From assembly GCF_000013445.1 (NCBI RefSeq), contig NC_007796.1:756936-780935 (forward strand): a stretch of 24,000 bases of DNA, read 5' to 3'. This document shows positions 1 to 8,607 of this stretch, piece by piece. The translations under genes were made by a program, and so were the position numbers. Source of the stretch: Methanospirillum hungatei JF-1. GTDB lineage: Archaea > Halobacteriota > Methanomicrobia > Methanomicrobiales > Methanospirillaceae. The notes under the pieces were generated by a model. It was not told the origin of the DNA, ran no database searches, and saw nothing but the letters and a program-made list of their open reading frames with translations. The first letter of the stretch is position 1. Each line of letters opens with the position of its first letter.

Positions 1-306
1 TGCTGGTGTCCGTGGGGATGAGAGTGACCAGTCTATCCGGAGGACTGGGTTCCTCTTATTCCAGTCCCACTTTGAATCCGGACTGTCCAGAAAAAGTCCT
101 GAAAAGAGATCCGGTTTCTGTGAAAAAGCCGCATCAAACGTATCGATGAGAAGACTTTTTCCAAACCGCCGGGGACGTGAAAGAAAATAATATTTTCCGG
201 ATTGTACTAATGAGTGAATCAGAGGTGTTTTATCAATATAGACATATCCCCCGGTTCTGATTTCAGTAAAAGACTGGATACCTATCGGTAGTTTCAGATG
301 GGACAT
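1..306 (-). CDS. AAA-ATPase-like protein (DUF1703 / 'predicted AAA-ATPase' family), N-terminal 102 codons only; the gene runs off the left edge of the window
   Basis: Not in the ORF track because it has no stop in the window. My translation from ATG at 306..304 is MSHLKLPIGIQSFTEIRTGGYVYIDKTPLIHSLVQSGKYYFLSRPRRFGKSLLIDTFDAAF... The KLPIG(I/V)Q.F..(I/L)R....Y(V/I)DKT ... YFLSRPRRFGKSL block is the characteristic N-terminus of this family. The frame stays open to base 1. Confidence 0.75.
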   Translation of the reverse strand, partial: MSHLKLPIGIQSFTEIRTGGYVYIDKTPLIHSLVQSGKYYFLSRPRRFGKSLLIDTFDAAFSQKPDLFSGLFLDSPDSKWDWNKRNPVLRIDWSLSSPRTPA

Positions 307-383
307 CTCTTTCACTACTATCTATTGGCTGGTAAAATAAGTATTGATTGAGAGGGCGATGAAATCCGGTACAGAATACATTT

Positions 384-1427
384 TCAGGGTTTTATCAGAA
401 CCATCAGAACGAATCCTGCTCCAATAATTGATAGTATACCGAGAGGGGCTTTGGTAGGTTCAGGGACTGGTGTTGATTCAGGTGTTTTCTCCGGTGTTGG
501 TTCGATAGTTTGTACGGTTGTATAGGTGGGGGTTGGAACATGCGTGAACGTTGGTGCAGGGATCTGTACCTGTGTCTCTACAGTCTGGACCGGGGTTATG
601 GGTTTTGTAACCGGGGCTGAATATGCGGGAGGTGTTGTTTGTGTGACCATTGGAGTTATATCCGGTTCGGGGGTTCCGATCTCAATCGCTACTGGTGCTT
701 TAATGAGGGGATTGATATTCTGAATAAGAACTTCCACCGGAGATGATATCCCTGCCCCCGTATCCGGCATATTATCCTTAATGCGGTTCATTGAGAGTTC
801 TGCCTGAACGGTCCAGGTCCCGACGGTAACTCCCCCGGTATTCCAGACAGGACCGGTGGAGGTTAAAGATGAGGTAAGCGGAATCCCGGACAGACTGAAA
901 GATCCGGACGGGCCGGACACGGAAGAGTATTTTGCACCTTCAGGACTGGTGAGAACGATATCCACCTGCCCGTCCGGACCTCCCCGGGAATTTGCTTCAT
1001 AAACATTTGATGATATCCGGAATGATACCGCATCTCCTCTTGGGATCCATTTTCCGGTTGCATCAAAATCCGCAGTCTCATCATAAACTCTGACCGATAC
1101 CTGTGGCCTTTTTACCTGGAATACCGGGCTACCTTCCGGCCAGGAGTACCAGAGCCCCTCTTTCCCGGAAAAGGCTGATGGCGAAACATAAAATGAGTCA
1201 GGGGATGATACCGTCATGAGTTCCGTCGGGTCTGAACTCCTGCTGCTCCCCGGAGCCCACCATCCAATCTGCCCTCCGTTCATAACACCGGTTGCAGAAA
1301 TGTCCAGTCCTTCTTCTCCTAGAAACACGGTCCCTCCTGGTGAGATTGTTCTTAAATCTCCACTTGCCTGTGATGCGCAGAAGAGAATCATGAGCAGGCT
1401 GAAAAGCCCGGCTAGAGAATATTTCAT
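384..1427 (-). CDS. Secreted, probably cell-surface-anchored protein with an N-terminal signal peptide, a Pro/Thr/Val-rich linker and a C-terminal hydrophobic anchor
   Basis: The track ORF 384..1436 begins with TTG. The first ATG (1427..1425) gives MKYSLAGLFSLLMILFCASQASG, a typical signal peptide. The C-terminal ~90 aa are low-complexity P/T/V/E (TPEPDITPMVTQTTPP...TPVPEPTKAP), followed by LGILSIIGAGFVLMVLIKP, a single TM segment. I recognised no catalytic motif. Confidence 0.6.
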   Translation of the reverse strand: MKYSLAGLFSLLMILFCASQASGDLRTISPGGTVFLGEEGLDISATGVMNGGQIGWWAPGSSRSSDPTELMTVSSPDSFYVSPSAFSGKEGLWYSWPEGSPVFQVKRPQVSVRVYDETADFDATGKWIPRGDAVSFRISSNVYEANSRGGPDGQVDIVLTSPEGAKYSSVSGPSGSFSLSGIPLTSSLTSTGPVWNTGGVTVGTWTVQAELSMNRIKDNMPDTGAGISSPVEVLIQNINPLIKAPVAIEIGTPEPDITPMVTQTTPPAYSAPVTKPITPVQTVETQVQIPAPTFTHVPTPTYTTVQTIEPTPEKTPESTPVPEPTKAPLGILSIIGAGFVLMVLIKP

Positions 1428-1502
1428 AATGAACAATTTCCTTTATAGTTTAAATTTTTCTTCACCCATCTCACTAAATAGTCTTCAGATCAAGATCGGT
1501 AT

Positions 1503-1979
1503 ATGGGAATTGCCTTTTTTGCTGGTGGCTGTTTCTGGGGCATTGAAGCAGGATTTCAGAAAGTGCCGGGAGTAATCAATACCAAAGTCGGATATATGGG
1601 GGGGCATACAATAGAACCTACCTATCAGGAGGTCTGTTCAGATACGACCGGTCATGCAGAGACAATTGCTCTTGAATATGATGATACGGCAATCACCTAT
1701 CGAAAACTTCTGGAAATTTTCTTCTCCCTGCATAATCCAACAGAAGTAAACAGGCAGGGGCCTGATGTCGGCAGCCAGTACCGCTCCGTCATCTTCTATA
1801 CCTCACCTGAGCAAAAAGAGGAGGCAGAAATGTTTATTGCGGAGATGAACCAGTCAGGCCGATATCATGCCGCAATTGCGACAGAGGTTGTTCCGGCAGA
1901 AACTTTCTGGCCTGCGGAGGAGTATCATCAGTCCTATTTTCTGAAAATTGGTCAGCGTTATGGACGGAGTCTGTTCTGA
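1503..1979 (+). CDS. msrA: Peptide-methionine (S)-S-oxide reductase MsrA
   Basis: N-terminal FAGGCFWG active-site motif, then the conserved GY.GG....P.Y..VC...TGH.E and YHQ.Y blocks. The 158-aa length is typical. Confidence 0.9.
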
Positions 1980-1980
1980 T

Positions 1981-2892
1981 ATGAAAGACCATCTGTGTAA
2001 TACCAAAAGAAAGAGTGTGGTTGTACTTTTTCTGCTGATTTGTATCATTATCGGGAATGTTTCTGCAGTTCCTTCGGATCCACGGGGTATTATCCTCATC
2101 TCATGGGATGGCATTTCTAAAGATACCCTCCAAAATCTTCTTGAAACCGGCTCTCTTCCTCATCTCTCCTCTCTTTTAAAAAATGGCAGTTTTATCAATA
2201 TCTCAATAACCGATCACTATCCGGATACCATGGCCGGTCACGCCCAGATTCTGACTGGTTATTCACCGGAACAGACCGGAGTCTTTAAAAGTATGCGATA
2301 TGGCGAGATCCCTCATGGGATGACGGTATTTGAACGGCTTGAAGATGCATTTGGATCAGGTAATATCAGTACTGCTATTGTGGCATCACAGGAGAGAAGT
2401 CTTGGGACGCTCAAAGGGCTGCCCTTTTATCATGCAGGCAAGGTGGTTGATTATTACTATGACCGGAACAGTGATGCAGGTCTAGTCGGGTCGGTTGCAT
2501 CTGAATCAGTCTACCATTTCGGATCTCTGGGTCGCTTTTTTATCTTCGCTCACTTCAGGGATGCGGCAGATGCAGGGTATGCATACGGGGCAGGATCTCC
2601 TCAGCAGATTACGGCAATTCAGGAGATAGACGAAGCGACCGGAAATATTCTTAAAGCCCTCAAGGATCTGGGGATTTCTGATAAGACGGTATTATATGTC
2701 ACGACTGATCACGGGTTCAATACCGGTCCCAAAGATCATACCGGACAGATATCTCTCTGGATGGTGACCAATGAACCGGGATATAATTTGACCGGCGATC
2801 AGAAAGATATCACACCGACGATTCTGAAAAGACTCGGTGTTTCGTATGATGAGATGAACCCGTCGTATAATGCAACGGCTCTCAACCCCTGA
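1981..2892 (+). CDS. Secreted alkaline-phosphatase-superfamily enzyme (type I phosphodiesterase / nucleotide pyrophosphatase-like)
   Basis: I prefer the ATG at 1981 (MKDHLCNTKRKSVVVLFLLICIIIGNVSA, a signal-like N-terminus), one base after the msrA stop. ILISWDGISKDTL (metal/nucleophile region) and VTTDHGF near the C-terminus are typical of the PF01663/sulfatase-like fold. Substrate is unknown. Confidence 0.65.
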   Translation: MKDHLCNTKRKSVVVLFLLICIIIGNVSAVPSDPRGIILISWDGISKDTLQNLLETGSLPHLSSLLKNGSFINISITDHYPDTMAGHAQILTGYSPEQTGVFKSMRYGEIPHGMTVFERLEDAFGSGNISTAIVASQERSLGTLKGLPFYHAGKVVDYYYDRNSDAGLVGSVASESVYHFGSLGRFFIFAHFRDAADAGYAYGAGSPQQITAIQEIDEATGNILKALKDLGISDKTVLYVTTDHGFNTGPKDHTGQISLWMVTNEPGYNLTGDQKDITPTILKRLGVSYDEMNPSYNATALNP

Positions 2893-2960
2893 TTTTTACA
2901 GAAAAGAATTCCTAGTTCTTCAATGAATTGTGAACTCTGGAACAAATAATAACTTTGTCG

Positions 2961-2979
2961 AAGAGAAAAAAGAAAAGAG
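2961..2979 (-). terminator. Oligo-T tract directly after the rpl12 stop; candidate archaeal terminator for the ribosomal stalk operon
   Basis: The minus strand reads CTCTTTTCTTTTTTCTCTT immediately downstream of the TAA at 2983..2981. Archaeal termination commonly uses T-runs. Confidence 0.35.
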
Positions 2980-2980
2980 T

Positions 2981-3292
2981 TTAGCCGAACAGAGCACCAA
3001 GCCCTGCCATTCCGCTCTCTTCTTCTGCCTTCTTGTCTTCAGCTGGTGCTTCTTCTGCTGCTGCTGCTGCCGGAGCTGCACCTGCAACAGGAGCTGCTGC
3101 AACAGCGACCGGTGCTGCTGCTGCCTTGCTGATTGCATCTTCAATGTCGACACCATCAAGGGATGCGACAAGTGCCTTGACACGTGATTCGTTGACAGCG
3201 ATACCAGCGGCAGAAAGTACTGCCTGAACAGAGGATTCGTTGATCTCCTTTCCTGCCTTGTGCAGAAGGAGTGCAGCGTATACATACTCCAT
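2981..3292 (-). CDS. rpl12: 50S ribosomal stalk protein P1 (L12e/aL12)
   Basis: [16 protein letters not shown]-terminus, an Ala/Pro-rich hinge, an acidic tract and the universal C-terminal GLGALFG. AGGTGA Shine-Dalgarno about 7 nt upstream of the ATG. Confidence 0.95.
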   Translation of the reverse strand: MEYVYAALLLHKAGKEINESSVQAVLSAAGIAVNESRVKALVASLDGVDIEDAISKAAAAPVAVAAAPVAGAAPAAAAAEEAPAEDKKAEEESGMAGLGALFG

Positions 3293-3342
3293 GTTAATTC
3301 ACCTAAATATTTTTCCGATTACTCGTATTGTTAGCATATTGA

Positions 3343-4191
3343 TTATCCGACAACATTCTGGAGGGCCATGGCCTGAGCCTGTGCCTTTCCAAGAACAGCA
3401 TCGATTATGTCACTACTGGTGACTGCAGCCTCGACACCAACTCCGCGTGCTTCACGGACAGCCTTGGTCAGCAGTGCAGATGCGGTATCCCTGGTTGGAT
3501 ATGCAGCATTGACTGACAGATTAAAGGCGTGGGTTGCAGCGGTGATAATGCTGTTATAGAATGCAGTCTCGTCGATTGCCAGAACATCAGACTCGTAGAT
3601 ACTTCCTTCGTAGAAGGCTGCCTGCAGAATAAGACCGACATCCATCGGTTTTATATCCAGCTTTGCAAGTGCATCTGCAAGTTTTTTGTTGATCTCCTGA
3701 CCGGCTTTTACCACAGTTTTTGTTTCACGAATGGTAACTTTTCCTGCCTCAATTGCTGCAGGAATGCCGGCCTGCTGAAGCTCACCGACAATTGGACCTG
3801 GACGGAAACTGGTCGGTCCTTTTGAAACGACGATATCTTCCGGTGCAGTCTCTCCAGGACGTGCTGCCATCTTTGTTTTTGTCTTTTCAAGCATGCTGTA
3901 GAGCTTGAAAGGATTCTCATTGGTAAAGATGAGAGCAGAATGTCCGGATAAGTGTGAAGAGAGGTCTGTTATGGATCCCCCAATCTCACCGAATGCGTGT
4001 TCGATGAGCGTGTTACGGGTCATAATCAATTCGGCTTTCCCGCGAAGATTTCTTCTGATATCCTGCACCTGTCTGGCTGGGATTCCATACATATCAACAA
4101 GTCCTACCAGCTTATATTCGCTGGAGAGACGCTTGATAGTGGTAATCTCATCCTTCTTCCACTGGGGCAGATGTGCGGTATACAATGCCAT
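3343..4191 (-). CDS. rpl10: 50S ribosomal stalk protein uL10 (P0), a short form without the acidic C-terminal tail
   Basis: The N-terminus (PQWKKDEI..IK.L...Y.LVGLVD..GIPARQ.Q.IRR.LRG) and the inserted domain are typical of archaeal P0. The ATG overlaps the rpl1 stop (TAATG). The protein ends ...GKAQAQAMALQNVVG, 50 nt before rpl12. Confidence 0.9.
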   Translation of the reverse strand: MALYTAHLPQWKKDEITTIKRLSSEYKLVGLVDMYGIPARQVQDIRRNLRGKAELIMTRNTLIEHAFGEIGGSITDLSSHLSGHSALIFTNENPFKLYSMLEKTKTKMAARPGETAPEDIVVSKGPTSFRPGPIVGELQQAGIPAAIEAGKVTIRETKTVVKAGQEINKKLADALAKLDIKPMDVGLILQAAFYEGSIYESDVLAIDETAFYNSIITAATHAFNLSVNAAYPTRDTASALLTKAVREARGVGVEAAVTSSDIIDAVLGKAQAQAMALQNVVG

Positions 4192-4838
4192 TATAACTCC
4201 ACCTTCACAGACGGCCCCATCGTTGTCTTTATATAGACCGATCTGACCTGGAAGTCACCCATCTCAAGTTTTGAGAGAATACGCTTGAGGACTGCATCGA
4301 TATTCTCTGCAATCTCCTCTTCACTCATGGCGGTTGTTCCTACCTTGAGTGAGAATGACATCTTGTCCTTGGTTCTGATTTTGACAGATTTCCGAAGACG
4401 CTCCACGATTGGACGGATATCCGTACCGGCGGGAATCGGCTGGGGCATTCTGCCTCGTGGACCAAGTCGTGGACCAAGCCATCTTCCGACAAGACTCATA
4501 ACCTGCGTTTCTGCAAGGAAAAACTGATGCTCGGATGCAATTTTACGTGCTTCACGAGGGGCACCTCCAAGGCGCTCAATTTCTTCCGGTCCCATGATGA
4601 GTTCAACACCGGATTCTCGTGCCTGAGTGACAATGTCACCAGAACCAAGAACGGCAATCTTGACTACTCGTCCATTCCCGTGGGGAAGGAGGATTGTCTC
4701 ATCAATACGGTTTTTCGGCTGAGACATGTCGATATTTTTCAGGTTAATGGTCATATCGACACTCTCGGTGAATTTCCGTTCAGGCGCCTGTTCTTTTGCC
4801 TTTTTCAATGCGTCAATAAGGACGCTCTTCTCTACCAT
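4191..4838 (-). CDS. rpl1: 50S ribosomal protein uL1
   Basis: The conserved L1 sequence starts at MVEKSVLIDALKKAKE...FTESVD..INLK. The ATG at 4838 is preceded by GGAGG 8 nt upstream. The track's upstream extension to 4877 adds 13 non-conserved residues. Confidence 0.9.
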   Translation of the reverse strand: MVEKSVLIDALKKAKEQAPERKFTESVDMTINLKNIDMSQPKNRIDETILLPHGNGRVVKIAVLGSGDIVTQARESGVELIMGPEEIERLGGAPREARKIASEHQFFLAETQVMSLVGRWLGPRLGPRGRMPQPIPAGTDIRPIVERLRKSVKIRTKDKMSFSLKVGTTAMSEEEIAENIDAVLKRILSKLEMGDFQVRSVYIKTTMGPSVKVEL

Positions 4839-4902
4839 CAGGTTCCTCCATAGTGATGCGACCGTGATTGATTCCACGATCTTCTATGGTTACATATCGA
4901 TT

Positions 4903-5379
4903 CTATCCCACGAGGACTGCGTCATGAGCGCCCGAATCTATCTCTTTGAGCATATCTTTGGGTTTTTTGCCTGAAACTGTAATACCGAGCGATACGCAGG
5001 TACCGACAACTTCCTTGACCGCATTCTTGAGATCATAGGAGAGCATGTCATCAAGTTTCATTTTGGCAATCGTGACAGCAGCCTCAAGTGGCACGTCCCC
5101 GACAATCTTGGTGTTCGGCTCACCAGAGCCTTTTTCAACGCCTGCTTCTTTCATGATGAGCGCTGTCGTGGGTGGAATACCAACCGAGATGGTGAAGTTC
5201 TTCTTCTCGTCCACCTCTACACGGACAGGAACCTGCATACCATTGAAGGATGCGGTTTTTTTGTTAATCTCATCAACAACAGCTTTGACGTTGATACCAA
5301 GGGGACCCAGTGCCGGACCGAGTGGCGGACCAGCAGTGGCTTTGCCACCGGGTACTAGTACCTCGACTACTTCTGCCAT
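4903..5379 (-). CDS. rpl11: 50S ribosomal protein uL11
   Basis: VEVLVPGGKATAGPPLGPALGPLG.N, the hallmark L11 N-terminal domain, with a typical 158-aa length. GGTGAT Shine-Dalgarno upstream. Confidence 0.95.
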   Translation of the reverse strand: MAEVVEVLVPGGKATAGPPLGPALGPLGINVKAVVDEINKKTASFNGMQVPVRVEVDEKKNFTISVGIPPTTALIMKEAGVEKGSGEPNTKIVGDVPLEAAVTIAKMKLDDMLSYDLKNAVKEVVGTCVSLGITVSGKKPKDMLKEIDSGAHDAVLVG

Positions 5380-5477
5380 TGTGTATCACCAGTCAGGACG
5401 GTTATGTCCATCTGGGTTCATAAAGGTTGGAAGGATAGATAAAAAAGAATATGTCCTGCCAGGTTGTCGGAGCTACC

Positions 5478-5960
5478 TTATGAGTCGTCCTCACCACGGT
5501 CGATGACCCTGACATGGTCACCCCGAACCGTGATAGGAATCGGCAGAACACTTTCATACAGCTCAACGGTAATCTCCTCTTTTGAGGCGTCTACACGCTT
5601 GACTACCGCTTTTTCTCCCTTGAACGGACCATTGATAAGTTCAACAATCGTCCCTTCGTCAATGCCACTGACTGCCGGTTTTGGTATCAGGTAGTGACCG
5701 ACTTCTTCCAGGGTGGTAACTCCTGGTAGGACAGTGCGCGCACTGGGAACATGTTCCATCAGTTCCTGGACCCTGGCGATCGGCTCATCGGTCTCTACCA
5801 GAACATATCCTTTCAGTTCGTCAGGGACAATAACTGACATAACCCGGATATCATTATCCGCGTCCCGCACCGCCTTGTCGATATTGTCTGCGACCGACCG
5901 TTCTGCCCGGTTTGTGGTCTTTACCGCGAAAATGCGGGTAAGACGGTGTTCATTCTCCAT
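5478..5960 (-). CDS. spt5: Transcription elongation factor Spt5 (archaeal NusG)
   Basis: NGN domain (IFAVKTT..(A/Q)E..VA..I) plus a KOW motif (GTIVELINGPFKGEKAVVKRVD). It occupies the conserved secE-nusG-rpl11 position. Confidence 0.9.
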   Translation of the reverse strand: MENEHRLTRIFAVKTTNRAERSVADNIDKAVRDADNDIRVMSVIVPDELKGYVLVETDEPIARVQELMEHVPSARTVLPGVTTLEEVGHYLIPKPAVSGIDEGTIVELINGPFKGEKAVVKRVDASKEEITVELYESVLPIPITVRGDHVRVIDRGEDDS

Positions 5961-5965
5961 ACGAA

Positions 5966-6157
5966 TCAGGCCGGAAGTACTAGGAAGAGTTCGTAGATTG
6001 CAAACCCGATAATTCCAATCAGTACGACACCTGCCGCAGCGACGAGTGCTATTTTTGTATACTCATCCCGTGTTGGAAAGCGGGCCAGTTTGAGGATACG
6101 CATGTATTTGCGGAAAAGTTCCTCGTTTAAATTGATGTCAAGTTTGGGGATTTCCAT
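5966..6157 (-). CDS. secE: Preprotein translocase subunit SecE (Sec61-gamma)
   Basis: Small protein with one C-terminal TM segment (IALVAAAGVVLIGIIGFAIYELF) after a basic amphipathic region, in the conserved position upstream of spt5. The track start at 6166 is GTG. I prefer the ATG at 6157 (MEIPKL...); start choice is uncertain. Confidence 0.8.
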   Translation of the reverse strand: MEIPKLDINLNEELFRKYMRILKLARFPTRDEYTKIALVAAAGVVLIGIIGFAIYELFLVLPA

Positions 6158-6162
6158 GTATA

Positions 6163-7251
6163 TCACTTCAGAAAATCAATCTCAAAGTGTCTCTGAAATT
6201 TCGGGTTATTTTTTTCATTTCTACCATATATTTGTGGCGACCGAACGCCGGTCAGGATAAGCAGGGTCCGTATGGTGTTCTGCATCGTTGGATCTATCTG
6301 AGCTCCCCATATTATCCGTGCATCAGGGTCAATCAGGGCATAAACCTCTTCAACAACACCCTCAGCTTCAGCCATGGTCATATCCGGCCCTCCGGTAACA
6401 TTAACTAGAGCAGAGGTAGCGCAGGAAATATCGATATCAAGCAGAGGAGATCGTATGGCTTTGCGCACCGAATCCGCAGATTTGTCCTGGGCATCACTCT
6501 CACCCATCCCGATCATGGCAACTCCTCCTTTCTCCATGATGGCCCGCACATCGGCGAAGTCAAGGTTTACCAGACCGGGCACGGTGATAAGTTCGGTGAT
6601 ACCTTTGACCGCCCGCATCAGGACCTCGTCGGCTACCTTGAATGCGGCATAGAGTGGCAATTTCGGTACAACCTCAATGAGCCGGTCATTCGGAACGACA
6701 ATGACGGTATCTGCAACATCACGAAGACGTTCAAGCCCTGCCTCGGCATTCTCCATCCTGATGGCCCCTTCAGATGTGAAAGGTAAGGTGACTATGGCTA
6801 TAGTCAGGGCACCTTCTTCATGGGCTGCCCGTGCAACCACCGGAGCACACCCAGTACCAGTTCCCCCGCCAAGACCAGCGGTGATAAAGACCATGTCAGA
6901 GTCTTCAACAGCCCGTCGGATGTCATGTTCACTCTCAAGTGCTGCCTCTTCCCCGACCTGCGGATAGGATCCTGCCCCAAGACCTCGTGTCCGCTGTCTT
7001 CCTATAAGAATACGGTGATCTGCCTTGACGGTTGCAAGATGCATGGCATCGGTATTGATGGCATACAGGGTGGTTCCTGCAATCCCCTCATCCTTCATCC
7101 GGGTAATTGTGTTTGACCCGGCACCTCCACAACCGATAACTGAGATCCGGGTTGTCATCGTCCGGAGAACAGCATCAAGATCACTATTATTCTGCGGAAT
7201 CTGTTGCTCTGCTTTTGCCCTGTTGAGCGCTTCTTCAACGATTGATTTCAT
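6163..7251 (-). CDS. ftsZ: Cell division GTPase FtsZ
   Basis: [10 protein letters not shown], the tubulin signature GLGGGTGTG, and NTD..L and VPND motifs. The ATG overlaps the dtdA stop (ATGA). Confidence 0.95.
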   Translation of the reverse strand: MKSIVEEALNRAKAEQQIPQNNSDLDAVLRTMTTRISVIGCGGAGSNTITRMKDEGIAGTTLYAINTDAMHLATVKADHRILIGRQRTRGLGAGSYPQVGEEAALESEHDIRRAVEDSDMVFITAGLGGGTGTGCAPVVARAAHEEGALTIAIVTLPFTSEGAIRMENAEAGLERLRDVADTVIVVPNDRLIEVVPKLPLYAAFKVADEVLMRAVKGITELITVPGLVNLDFADVRAIMEKGGVAMIGMGESDAQDKSADSVRKAIRSPLLDIDISCATSALVNVTGGPDMTMAEAEGVVEEVYALIDPDARIIWGAQIDPTMQNTIRTLLILTGVRSPQIYGRNEKNNPKFQRHFEIDFLK

Positions 7252-8576
7252 CTGGCCTGCCTCTGCGGAATGTGAATCCGCTTTTCTGTCTCTGTCATCA
7301 CCATTTCCGGATAGATAACCGAATCACCAACCTCGACCGGCTTTCCTGCCATCAGCTCACTATAGAGCGGGCCAGAGGGTATGCCCAGATTTTTGGCTTT
7401 CTTCGGATCAAACCGTAATTTTTTGATGATTAAAGAATCCCCCTCAAAAGAACAGGTGTATCTGTCCTGTAACAATGTTACACAGAGATGTATTAATTCA
7501 TCCGATATTCTGCCGCTGAATGCTGCATCGGTAATAAAAACCGGATGACATGCTTTTCCTCTCCCGGTCATATGTACGATTGGAAATGAGTCTAGCGCAG
7601 AAATGAACTCTTCTGCAGCAACTTTCATAACTTCATCGACCAGCTCACCCGGAATGGTCAGGGAGACCGGGGCAGGCATCTCCAGGATGGTATGGAGAAC
7701 GATTGATGATCCGGGAATGAGTGATTCTGCAAGGTTTCTGATAGACATATATTCAGAGAACGGGAGATCAAAGAGCCGCATCAGATCCCCCTGACCAAGG
7801 ATCGGGATGGTATGCTTGTCTGCAAGACCGGTAATCATCCGCTCCTCTTTTCCAGACATGGATTTCCCATCAATATAGATTGCAAAAGCACCGGTAGAAG
7901 AGATGATATCCTGAAATAATGCATCCGTCAGGTGAGGAATATCACGGGTCGGCATAATATGACCAAAGCCGCCTCTGGTTAATTTTGTGATCTCTGTCTG
8001 ACGCTGGGCATAATGCGTCCCTCCAAATCCTGCTAATGGGATGACCGATGAGGTATCCATGAGAAGAGCATCCAGTACCGCTTGTGCTACTGCCCTGGCA
8101 GCAATCCGGTCATTCCATTCCTTCTCTGTACTACCGAGCTCGATAAAACAGGAGGGCAGAGGGATGTCTGTCGGACCATGATGGGTAGCCTCATACATAA
8201 CTTCATACCCTTCCGGAGCATGGATGATCAGCCGGTTGATAAGAGCATGCATAAGGCCGGTTGCTGCAGGTGTCAGGGTGTTTGGACGTCCCCCGTAATC
8301 AGCAGATCCAAAATTGCCAGTGACATGGACCGTTAAAACCGGCCGTGGCCGTTCACTGGCATGGCGTGATAGAAAAAGAATCCTATCTGCATCATGGGGC
8401 AGGGAGGGGCCGTCAAGATAGATAAGCCGTTCTTCTGCATGCCAGTGTCTGATATGGGAATGAGCCCTTTTGTCATCTTCTAGGAATGAATAGAGTTCTT
8501 CATGAATGAGTGAACCGGCCGGGTCTTTGCGTGAGCTGATAAGTAAGGTTGTTGGAGACTGTTCTTTTGGTGTCAT
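7248..8576 (-). CDS. dtdA: D-aminoacyl-tRNA deacylase, archaeal type (DtdA), with a ~165-aa C-terminal extension
   Basis: The N-terminal ~275 aa carry motifs I associate with DtdA: LSRH....P.LTVH.TGN, EATHHGP, FIELGS and GFGGTHYA. The C-terminal part ends with ...[38 protein letters not shown]. Confidence 0.75.
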   Translation of the reverse strand: MTPKEQSPTTLLISSRKDPAGSLIHEELYSFLEDDKRAHSHIRHWHAEERLIYLDGPSLPHDADRILFLSRHASERPRPVLTVHVTGNFGSADYGGRPNTLTPAATGLMHALINRLIIHAPEGYEVMYEATHHGPTDIPLPSCFIELGSTEKEWNDRIAARAVAQAVLDALLMDTSSVIPLAGFGGTHYAQRQTEITKLTRGGFGHIMPTRDIPHLTDALFQDIISSTGAFAIYIDGKSMSGKEERMITGLADKHTIPILGQGDLMRLFDLPFSEYMSIRNLAESLIPGSSIVLHTILEMPAPVSLTIPGELVDEVMKVAAEEFISALDSFPIVHMTGRGKACHPVFITDAAFSGRISDELIHLCVTLLQDRYTCSFEGDSLIIKKLRFDPKKAKNLGIPSGPLYSELMAGKPVEVGDSVIYPEMVMTETEKRIHIPQRQAR

Positions 8577-8582
8577 GAATGG

Positions 8583-8587
8583 TAATT
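8583..8587. repeat. Target-site duplication, left copy (TAATT, or GTAATT if the element ends are set one base inward)
   Basis: TAATT directly abuts the left IR, and an identical TAATT (10404..10408) abuts the right IR. Confidence 0.55.
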
Positions 8588-8607
8588 CTCACCGTTCGCT
8601 GATCTTA
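8588..8607. repeat. IS left terminal inverted repeat
   Basis: CTCACCGTTCGCTGATCTTA against the reverse complement of 10384..10403, CTTACCTTTCGCTGATCTTA: 18 of 20 identical. Confidence 0.7.

Noticed and set aside
384-450. Possible PGF-CTERM/archaeosortase sorting signal at the C-terminus of the surface protein
   Set aside because: The tail reads APLGILSIIGAGFVLMVLIKP. The GF lies in the middle of the hydrophobic segment, there is no PGF at its start, and there is no basic cluster at the end. I treat it as a plain TM anchor.
2920-3285. Three track ORFs (2920-3285 minus in another frame, 2930-3187 plus, 3033-3227 plus) with Cys/Gln/Ala-rich low-complexity translations
   Set aside because: They are frame or strand shadows of the GC-rich Ala/Glu hinge of rpl12 (P1), whose own frame gives a textbook P1 protein. 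They have no independent start context.
4839-4877. N-terminal extension of rpl1 (MESITVASLWRNL...) suggested by the longest ORF
   Set aside because: The conserved L1 sequence begins at the internal Met. GGAGG sits 8 nt upstream of the ATG at 4838, and the extension overlaps the spacer hairpin.
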